DNA of 32,000 nt from Candidatus Saccharimonadota bacterium (GTDB lineage Bacteria > Patescibacteriota > Saccharimonadia > Saccharimonadales > UBA4665): assembly GCA_016699955.1 (NCBI GenBank), contig CP064993.1, forward strand, positions 330,001 through 362,000, given 5' to 3'. Each line of letters begins with the position of its first letter. Position 1 is the first letter of the stretch. Both the position numbers and the translations under genes were made by a program. Of the stretch, positions 25,185-32,000 are shown in pieces. The notes beneath the pieces were generated by a model, which made no database searches, was not told the origin of the DNA, and saw only the letters and a program-made list of their open reading frames with translations.

Positions 25185-27547
25185 TCTGATGCCTCGTTTT
25201 TTAGTACTAGCTTCTTCATATCCTCTGCGGTTGTTATTGAACCAGTTTTAACGGTGGACGATACGATATTTGGTTCACATTTGCTAACAGATGAATCATT
25301 AATTAAGCCTAGTAGTGACTGCACGTACTTCTCATGCGAGTGAGACTTTTGAACATATTCTTTTGCATTTTTTGAAATAGACGTGAGCCTACCTTTATCA
25401 AGTATGAGTTGTTTGAGTACTTCGACAACTTCGAGCTCTTTATCCACCTTTACTACACAATCATCGGGAAGCTGAGAGTACCATCCTATATTGCGGACAA
25501 TGACTACGCAGCCATGTCTCATTGCTTCAAGCGTTGAAAGAGAAGTTTCGCCCTGATATTTCATCCTATAATTAACAAATATGTCTAAGTCCCTGAGACT
25601 ATTCTGAAAATCAAAGTCCGTTAAATTAGTGGTTAGCTCAACGTTATCAAACGAGGTAATCTCATCGAGCGTTTCTTCGCTTGCAAAATTATAGCCAAAC
25701 ATATGAATCTGTGTATTTCTAAAACTATTATCAGATGCAATAGTTTTAATTACATCAAGTCCTTTAATACCCGCGATAATACCCGCGAGTCCAATAGTGA
25801 TTGCATCATACCTACGATGTTCATCCATTCTCCCAACGTGCGTAGGTAGAGCAGCCTCAGATATAGTCGATTTGTAACTGCCTTCAGCTATAGATGCTAC
25901 TGCTTCACTTGCATACTTCGAATGCGTTAGAAACCCAACCTGCCTTTGAACGATTGAATAAAGATGGCTGCTTGTATCAACCTGCTGTTTATCGGTAATT
26001 ACTTTTTCAAGAACCGCTCGTTCGTGAGATATCATGTCCTGTTCTTCCATAATCCTGAAAGCTTCACCGATTTTTGTATCGTGCAGGATCACAATGCCCG
26101 GAAGATACAGTGCGTTTGCGATACTGAAAATATGATAGTCACTATTACCTATATGATATATAACGGCTTCGTACTGTTGATATTTTTCAACGGAAAAACA
26201 TGCTGCGGGGAAACATTTAGCTATGTGCTTTAAAAAGTCAGGCCTTGTAGAAACGTTGCTAACTCCCTGCTCCGTATAGTAGTCGACGTCAAAATATTTA
26301 CTTAGAGTGGCATGGCCCTCTGATACGACTTTACCCACCGCAGATAGTCCGTCAGTTCGTGGGGTGAATATTGCTATACGTGGTCGCTCGTGTGTATTTG
26401 ATATGCTCGCCTCGCGCATAGAGCTTACTGCACGTTTGCCTGTTGCACTCCACGAATAATGATCGAGTATGCGCTTATATTCTTTATCGTCAACCTTTGC
26501 CTCAGTGACGGCGTTTTCAAGACAATCAGCAATCATCATAGGATCGCGGTAATCTGTGTAGTAAAGTCCTTCTTTAGATATCTCTCGAAATACAGGTATT
26601 GATGAACATACTATTGGTTTTGACGCTGCGACCCCCTCGAGTATTGGTAGACCTAACCCTTCGCTCTCCGGTACAAATAGAATCGCTGCTGCTTGCTCGT
26701 ACAGCCAGTCAAGCTCATCATCACTTACATTTCCTGTAAAGATGAGGTTGCTAGATACAACTTCGAGCCGAATCCGTTCACTTTTGTGAATTTTGGAAGT
26801 AATCACAAGATAACTGGGCTTCGCATGAGATTTTCTAAACGACTCGAATGCTATTACTGCCATAAGGTTATTTTTTCTAGGATCATCACTTGTAGGCATT
26901 AGTACGAAATATTCAGGAATATCAATCTTTGGTTTAACAGGATGAGTGCCTAACGTAATCGGACCTCCATCAATAACCTTGAGCCTATCATCTGGGATAC
27001 CCAGGTATGTCATGACGTCATCTTTAACCGCTTTTGAAATTGTTAGAATCGCATCTGCATCAAACAAAAGGTTGAATCGTTTTAAATAGTTCTCAAAGGG
27101 CATTACCGGCTGGTAGCGCGTGTGGTTTAGAAAAGGTATTAAGTCATAAAAAACGACTATTTTTTTTACAGCTTCGGGATAGACTGACACTGCAGGCTCT
27201 TGAAATGGTGACGGTATTAAAAAATCAATGGTATGCTTTTCGGAAAAATGTTTGTCTATGTATTCATTGATTATACCAGCATTATGCTCTTTAGCTTTCT
27301 CGATAGGGGCGTGCAGGGTCGTGGCAAGGTCTAGATATGTTACATGGACATTACCGAACATCGACTTGATAGACTCTTTACTGACCGGGTTTGCACATGT
27401 CCTTTTTGTAAGCAAAACCTCTACATGATCATACTCATTTTCATCAATTATGGAGAGGATTAGACGAGAGGAGAATCTGCCCATGCCCCTGTCACGTGCG
27501 TTAGTTTGAAGAATCTGACCATCAACTAATAAAATCCGTCCGCTCAT
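25181..27547 (-). CDS. bifunctional-looking glycosyltransferase with two GT4-like modules
   Basis: 788 aa. The first module carries FVPESEGLGLPILEGVAASKPIVCS. The second module carries GETSLSTLEAMRHGCVVIV. Confidence 0.7.
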   Translation of the reverse strand: MSGRILLVDGQILQTNARDRGMGRFSSRLILSIIDENEYDHVEVLLTKRTCANPVSKESIKSMFGNVHVTYLDLATTLHAPIEKAKEHNAGIINEYIDKHFSEKHTIDFLIPSPFQEPAVSVYPEAVKKIVVFYDLIPFLNHTRYQPVMPFENYLKRFNLLFDADAILTISKAVKDDVMTYLGIPDDRLKVIDGGPITLGTHPVKPKIDIPEYFVLMPTSDDPRKNNLMAVIAFESFRKSHAKPSYLVITSKIHKSERIRLEVVSSNLIFTGNVSDDELDWLYEQAAAILFVPESEGLGLPILEGVAASKPIVCSSIPVFREISKEGLYYTDYRDPMMIADCLENAVTEAKVDDKEYKRILDHYSWSATGKRAVSSMREASISNTHERPRIAIFTPRTDGLSAVGKVVSEGHATLSKYFDVDYYTEQGVSNVSTRPDFLKHIAKCFPAACFSVEKYQQYEAVIYHIGNSDYHIFSIANALYLPGIVILHDTKIGEAFRIMEEQDMISHERAVLEKVITDKQQVDTSSHLYSIVQRQVGFLTHSKYASEAVASIAEGSYKSTISEAALPTHVGRMDEHRRYDAITIGLAGIIAGIKGLDVIKTIASDNSFRNTQIHMFGYNFASEETLDEITSFDNVELTTNLTDFDFQNSLRDLDIFVNYRMKYQGETSLSTLEAMRHGCVVIVRNIGWYSQLPDDCVVKVDKELEVVEVLKQLILDKGRLTSISKNAKEYVQKSHSHEKYVQSLLGLINDSSVSKCEPNIVSSTVKTGSITTAEDMKKLVLKNEASE

Positions 27548-27554
27548 TACATTT

Positions 27555-28013
27555 CTACCCCTTCACCTTACCTAGTGTGCGCCGAATCATAGCAAAACTC
27601 CCATCACGACCACTTCTATATATCTTTGCTCCCACCCTGTAGTGTAATTTTAGTGGGTGTGCTTGTTTTTTTGAGTGATAGGTAAAAAACTCGTCGATAT
27701 CGTAGCCTATAGCAATGGCATGCAGCTTATTAAGTGGTAGTGCTTCGTCTAAAGTGATTTTAGGATGTACTTTTATGTCGATCTTTTTTCTGGTTCCATG
27801 AGTATTAATGTGGTTCATAATTTTATTGTCTATTTTGTTATACAGTTTTCTAACAAGAATTGTTGTACGATCCTCCGCAGCCGATACTGCATGCAACTCA
27901 TTAATCTTTGCATTCAGTAAAGCAATTGTGTGGTCTCTCTTGCTAATCTCGCTCATTGCATCAGTAAGGGCACGCCGAAGGTGCTGCTCAGTAGTTTCTT
28001 TTTGATTTGTCAT
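27555..28013 (-). CDS. hypothetical protein with an N-terminal coiled-coil
   Basis: 152 aa. A heptad-like N-terminus (LRRALTDAMSEISKRDHTIALLNAKINELHAV) is followed by a basic C-terminal half. It is the first gene of the minus-strand GT operon. Confidence 0.5.
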   Translation of the reverse strand: MTNQKETTEQHLRRALTDAMSEISKRDHTIALLNAKINELHAVSAAEDRTTILVRKLYNKIDNKIMNHINTHGTRKKIDIKVHPKITLDEALPLNKLHAIAIGYDIDEFFTYHSKKQAHPLKLHYRVGAKIYRSGRDGSFAMIRRTLGKVKG

Positions 28014-28021
28014 ATGCCTAC

Positions 28022-28027
28022 AGTATA
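28022..28027 (-). promoter_or_regulatory. -10 box (TATACT) 8 nt before the ATG, implying a leaderless transcript
   Basis: The reverse strand reads cttaTATACTgtaggcatATG. Confidence 0.4.
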
Positions 28028-28062
28028 TAAGAGTAACGATACGCTTAAAAGGATGATACGGG

Positions 28063-28068
28063 TATAAT
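28063..28068 (+). promoter_or_regulatory. -10 box (TATAAT) overlapping the ORF-track ATG at 28067
   Basis: The sequence reads ggTATAATggaacttgttATG. The ATG at 28067 lies inside the hexamer, so the ATG at 28079 (MKKKRVYID) is the more plausible start. Confidence 0.35.
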
Positions 28069-29233
28069 GGAACTTGTTATGAAAAAGAAAAGAGTATATA
28101 TAGACGGCGAAGTCCTCGTAATGCCTCATTTTAGTGGGATTGGTCATTATTGTTTAGAACTATTCCGAGCACTAGATGCCCAGCTAACAGATTACCCTAA
28201 TCTTGATGTCCGCATGTTCGTTCATTTTCCGCACATAGACAAGGCACGTAGCTATGATTTTAAAAATATTAAGTTAATCAAGTCTCCATTCTCATTGAGA
28301 ATATCTAATGGTTTAAAAATTAGAGGAAAACAGCCACCCCTTGACCTTATATTTGGCCCTGAGCTATATGTTTTTCCTAACTATTCCTCGTGGCCTCTAT
28401 TATTTTCAAAGTCTGTTCCTTTCATCTATGATCTATCTTTTGAAAAGTACCCAGAATTTGCAGAACCACGCAACCAGGCATTTTTATCAGACCAAGTTAA
28501 GAAATCTGCCAAAAGAGCCTCCCACATTGCTACGATTTCGAAAAATAGCAAAAAAGAAATTAGCATGTTTTATAATACGCCCCTTGACCATATTGGGGTA
28601 TACTATCCTGCCGTTAACACTGAAGTCTTTCATAAACGCACTAATAAAGAGATTAAAAAAGTAAAAAATAAATATGGAATATTAGGACAATATATATTAT
28701 TTGTAGGCAACATCGAGCCTCGGAAAAATCTTAAAAATCTTCTCCTTGCATATGAAAAGCTAGATGTAAGCACACGTAAGAACCACCCCTTACTCTTAGT
28801 TGGTGCAAAAGGATGGCAAGACGGTGAAATAGTTGAAATTATAGCAAGGCTAAAGAGTGCGGGTAACACTATTCTGCGCCCCTCTGGCTATGTTAATGAC
28901 GCCGACTTACCAGCAATATACAGCGGAGCAAGTCTTTTCGTCTACCCAAGTATTTACGAAGGGTTCGGTATACCCCCTATCGAAGCGATGGCCTGCGGGG
29001 TTCCGGTGATATCTTCTGATAACTCTTCCTTGCCTGAAGCAGTAGGGGATGCCGCGAAAATGGTGAGTGCTGAGTCGGTAAGTGAATTAGCCGATGCCAT
29101 TAATGTAGTTTTGTCGAGCAGTTCTTTGCAGAAAGATATGATTTCAGAGGGCTTCAAACAAGTACGTAGATTTAGCTGGCCACGTGAGGCGAAAAAAATG
29201 ATAGAAACACTTCAGAATATAGTTATCTCATAA
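28067..29233 (+). CDS. glycosyltransferase, GT4 family (likely true start at 28079)
   Basis: 388 aa. The EX7E region reads YPSIYEGFGIPPIEAMACGVPVISS. Confidence 0.8.
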   Translation: MELVMKKKRVYIDGEVLVMPHFSGIGHYCLELFRALDAQLTDYPNLDVRMFVHFPHIDKARSYDFKNIKLIKSPFSLRISNGLKIRGKQPPLDLIFGPELYVFPNYSSWPLLFSKSVPFIYDLSFEKYPEFAEPRNQAFLSDQVKKSAKRASHIATISKNSKKEISMFYNTPLDHIGVYYPAVNTEVFHKRTNKEIKKVKNKYGILGQYILFVGNIEPRKNLKNLLLAYEKLDVSTRKNHPLLLVGAKGWQDGEIVEIIARLKSAGNTILRPSGYVNDADLPAIYSGASLFVYPSIYEGFGIPPIEAMACGVPVISSDNSSLPEAVGDAAKMVSAESVSELADAINVVLSSSSLQKDMISEGFKQVRRFSWPREAKKMIETLQNIVIS

Positions 29234-29292
29234 TGTACAAATCAAATAAGAAATATATAATTACCATAGAAGGTTAGCTGAAAGGAAAAATA

Positions 29293-30255
29293 ATGTCGGT
29301 AAAAACAAAGCTTGGCTACCCGGTTAAACTATTGAAGCATATATATCAATTACCCCATATGGCTAAGCGGACAGAGGATGCGCAAACAGCTATGGGGAAT
29401 CGTATTGATGAGCTAGAGAGATTGTCACGGGAAGCCAATGAACGGATCGTGTCGATTTTGAATACGATAAGTGTCTTACCCAACTTAGATTCTAGAATTC
29501 TTGGTCTGCAGCATCGTTTAGATGTCGAGAAGCATTTAACGAAATCGAGAGCTCCAGAAACAATAGAAAGCGTCAACAATACTGTATCAGACAACCATGA
29601 GTTTGATTATTTTTATAAATTATTTGAGGATAAATTTAGAGGTTCAGAAGAAGATATAAAAGAGAGAATTTCTGAGCACCTACCACTTTTTCTTTCTTTG
29701 TCGCCGATAACAAAAAAATTACCAATCATTGATATCGGTTGCGGGAGAGGAGAATTACTCAGTTTACTAAAAGACAATAAACTCAAAGCTGTTGGCGTAG
29801 ATATGAACGCAAGCATGGTACAAAGAGCGAAGAAGTTAGGTTACGATGCAGTTGAAAATGATGCTTTAAGTTTTCTACTGGAGCAAAAAAGTTCATCCCT
29901 AGCCGCAATAACAGGTTTTCATATAGTAGAACACATTCCTTTTGAGGCACTGCTAAAAATATTTGAGCAGTGCTACAGAACAGTATCACCCCAAGGATTT
30001 GTATTATTTGAAACCCCCAACCCTCAGGCAGTCACGGTGGGTGCGAATACCTTCTATCTTGATCCTTCCCACCAAAAGCCAATTCCACCCCAACTCCTTG
30101 CTTTTATGCTTGAGAGTGTCGGCTTCAAGCCTGAGATAGTGCCCTTGCATCGTGTACGTCCAGAGGTAAATCATCAAGACAAAATTATTGCCGAGATGTA
30201 CGAGACTTTATACGGCCATGGAGACTACGCAGTAATAGCCCGTAAGGTTATTTAA
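29293..30255 (+). CDS. SAM-dependent methyltransferase with an N-terminal coiled-coil
   Basis: 320 aa. A coiled-coil-like segment spans residues ~25-95. Motif I is IIDIGCGRGELLSLL. Also present is GFVLFETPNP. GAAAGGAAAAA SD lies upstream. Confidence 0.75.
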   Translation: MSVKTKLGYPVKLLKHIYQLPHMAKRTEDAQTAMGNRIDELERLSREANERIVSILNTISVLPNLDSRILGLQHRLDVEKHLTKSRAPETIESVNNTVSDNHEFDYFYKLFEDKFRGSEEDIKERISEHLPLFLSLSPITKKLPIIDIGCGRGELLSLLKDNKLKAVGVDMNASMVQRAKKLGYDAVENDALSFLLEQKSSSLAAITGFHIVEHIPFEALLKIFEQCYRTVSPQGFVLFETPNPQAVTVGANTFYLDPSHQKPIPPQLLAFMLESVGFKPEIVPLHRVRPEVNHQDKIIAEMYETLYGHGDYAVIARKVI

Positions 30256-30811
30256 CGCGAAAGCCTGGGTCGATAGAATATGGTATGTTTCGTTCTTTCT
30301 TTACTTTAAACTGTGCCGCTTCATCCCACCAGTCGTAGACCGTAATACCATCCGAGGCAATCAGTGCCGCATCCACATAATAGTCACCATCTGCCAATAC
30401 GTTTGGTAGCTCCCATTCTAGTTTCTTAGTATCACCTACTGACATTACGCCCGTTTTAAATTTTTCAATTTTTGTATTTGTTCCTGTAATGTTTTCGCCC
30501 GACACAGATCTTATACGTAACCCAACGTTTGGATTTTCTATGTTAGTACTTGCTTCAATCTGATAAAAAATCGTTATGCGCGCTTCTGAAGCGCGCACGG
30601 ATACCTTGGTCGTTTTTATTCCACCTTTACCCCAGCGACTACTTTCTTCGCCGAGGGATTCAATCTCAGCCGTACTATCTGTGAATAATTTAGTGTATTT
30701 TTGAGCTACCTTATCCGTCTCTCCGGCTTCGATAATCTCGTTATTCTCAATAAGAATCGCTCTGTCACAATATTCACGGACCGCATCCATGTCATGCGAG
30801 ACAAATATCAC
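30248..30811 (-). CDS. wzt: Wzt-type ABC ATPase, C-terminal fragment (H-loop plus Wzt_C glycan-binding domain)
   Basis: It starts in the middle of the nucleotide-binding domain at (V)IFVSHDMDAVREYCDRAILIENNEIIEAGE. A ~130-aa beta-sandwich-like tail typical of O-antigen Wzt C-terminal domains follows. Confidence 0.75.
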   Translation of the reverse strand: MIFVSHDMDAVREYCDRAILIENNEIIEAGETDKVAQKYTKLFTDSTAEIESLGEESSRWGKGGIKTTKVSVRASEARITIFYQIEASTNIENPNVGLRIRSVSGENITGTNTKIEKFKTGVMSVGDTKKLEWELPNVLADGDYYVDAALIASDGITVYDWWDEAAQFKVKKERNIPYSIDPGFRVK

Positions 30812-31425
30812 TGTAGTTCCACTCTTTTAAGCCTTTTAAAGTAGTTGAAGCACTTACGCTGGAAATCTGCGTCCCCGACTGCTAACACCTCATCGATAAG
30901 CAAGATGTCTGCCTTCGCCCGGGTTGCCATGGAGAACGCTAGCCGAACCTGCATGCCAGATGAATAGTTCTTGAGTTTCTGATCCATGAACTCTTCGAGT
31001 TCAGCAAAAGATACAATATCGTCAAACATGGCATCAATCTCTTTGCGGGAGAAGCCCATGAGCGCCCCATTTAGATACACATTGTCGCGGCCAGTCAGTT
31101 CGGGGTTAAACCCAACACCAAGCTCGATGAATGGCACCAAGCGCCCTGCAACCCCCACTTTTCCATCAGTTGGCTGGTAAATACCAGCTATCATCTTGAG
31201 CAGTGTGCTTTTGCCGCTTCCATTGCGACCAACTATGCCGAAGAACTCGCCCTCGTGAACATCAAACGAGACGTCTTTGAGCGCATGCTGTGTTGCCGCC
31301 TTACGCCCTCGCAGTGTCAGCAACGGATGTATGAAAAAGCTTTTTATGGAAGTTACTCGCTCGTGCGGTAAACGAAAATCTTTTGAAAGGTTTGAAACCG
31401 ATACAACAATCTTATTACCCATCAA
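30808..31425 (-). CDS. wzt: Wzt-type ABC ATPase, N-terminal fragment (Walker A through Walker B)
   Basis: Walker A GRNGSGKST, signature YSSGMQVRLAFS, and Walker B ILLIDEVLAVGD. It ends prematurely at KRLKRVELQ*. It overlaps wzm by 4 nt (ATGA). Confidence 0.8.
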   Translation of the reverse strand: MMGNKIVVSVSNLSKDFRLPHERVTSIKSFFIHPLLTLRGRKAATQHALKDVSFDVHEGEFFGIVGRNGSGKSTLLKMIAGIYQPTDGKVGVAGRLVPFIELGVGFNPELTGRDNVYLNGALMGFSRKEIDAMFDDIVSFAELEEFMDQKLKNYSSGMQVRLAFSMATRAKADILLIDEVLAVGDADFQRKCFNYFKRLKRVELQ

Positions 31426-32000
31426 ACATTCTCCGCAAAACTAGGTGACTGCCGCTTAAAGTACGTGACCGCAAGTATTAGTAGTAGTACGACGATGGTA
31501 GGCGGTATATAAGCATAGGCGCCACCGCCGAAGGCTTGCCACGTCGTGGTTGTTGATGGTGCTATGAGAGCATACCTTGCATCCTGAATAATTTGAGCGA
31601 GTGGATTAAGCAGCGCAACTTTTGCTGCGTCCTGGGAGTACTTGGCTATAAGTGAAATCGGATAGAGGATTGGCGTTGCATAAAAACCAACCTGTAGTAG
31701 AAGCTCCCAAATGTAGTTTGCGTCACGCAGTTTTACATATAACGCGGCCAAGAAAAACGCTACTGACAGAGAGAGAACAAACAGCTCGATTGCAACGGGG
31801 ATAATTAGGACTGCTCGAGGCGCCAACTCTACACCATTCACCGCGATGAGTACTCCAACTATGACAAGGTTAATGGCGAGGTTTATAAGAGCAGAGAATG
31901 AACCTGCGATGACGATGACGTAGCGCGGGAATGAAAGTTTTCGCATAAGGTCTCCCTTCCCGACGATTGCGGACATGCCGTTCATAGTTACTTCAGTGAA
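31422..32000 (-). CDS. wzm: ABC-2 type polysaccharide exporter permease, partial (continues beyond the right edge)
   Basis: A hydrophobic multi-TM sequence of the ABC-2 family. The frame stays open upstream of the track's ATG (31985) to the window end (..FTEVTMNG..). Confidence 0.75.
   Translation of the reverse strand, partial: FTEVTMNGMSAIVGKGDLMRKLSFPRYVIVIAGSFSALINLAINLVIVGVLIAVNGVELAPRAVLIIPVAIELFVLSLSVAFFLAALYVKLRDANYIWELLLQVGFYATPILYPISLIAKYSQDAAKVALLNPLAQIIQDARYALIAPSTTTTWQAFGGGAYAYIPPTIVVLLLILAVTYFKRQSPSFAENV

Noticed and set aside
1-32000. Alternative genetic code (UGA read as sense, as in some CPR lineages), or CRISPR, tRNA or rRNA content.
   Set aside because: All conserved enzymes translate full-length under the standard code, and UGA is used as a stop (for example at 30808-30810). 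I saw no repeat-spacer array, no GGTTCGA.TCC-type T-arms, and no rRNA-like conserved strings on either strand.

Overview
This is a tightly packed bacterial chromosomal window read with the standard genetic code. The gene content and style suggest a small-genome Gram-positive-like lineage such as Saccharibacteria/CPR, but that is inference only.

Left half (1-13.7 kb), higher GC: a LexA-type winged-helix regulator that lacks the protease domain and is translationally coupled to a GtrA-like protein; an O-antigen-ligase/Wzy_C-like membrane protein; a methyl-cycle block (adenosine kinase, AhcY, then a SAM-I riboswitch with terminator in front of metK); and a first glycan block (WbaP-like phosphoglycosyl transferase, GT4, GlmS, GT4, phosphomannomutase/phosphoglucomutase).

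Middle (13.7-17 kb), a decayed accessory junction: about 460 bp of ORF-poor, hairpin-rich DNA; C-terminal gene fragments, including a 5'-truncated DUF4143 ATPase; a replication-relaxation family gene preceded by iteron-like repeats and a palindrome; and a frameshifted, truncated IS1595-type transposase remnant.

Right half (17-32 kb): a two-gene secreted-protein operon whose 748-aa product carries three tandem NBR1-like Ig-fold repeats, including an 83-bp perfect conversion tract. It is followed by a visibly AT-richer glycan island containing:
- a GtrB-like GT2, a GtrA and a large GT-C-like membrane protein;
- two SAM methyltransferases, one with a coiled-coil N-terminus;
- three GT4 genes, one of them a 788-aa double-GT4;
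- a small coiled-coil protein.
A Wzm/Wzt ABC exporter (composition closer to the left half by eye) abuts the island. Its Wzt has a C-terminal glycan-binding domain, and its reading frame is broken at a T4/A4 run.

The most interesting system-level reading is an O8/O9a-style glycan pathway: end-capped, length-controlled and ABC-transporter-dependent.

A recurrent promoter architecture is also visible: a TATAAT- or TATACT-like -10 hexamer sits 6-8 nt before the ATG of first-in-operon genes, which implies leaderless mRNAs.

No tRNA, rRNA or CRISPR array was recognised.
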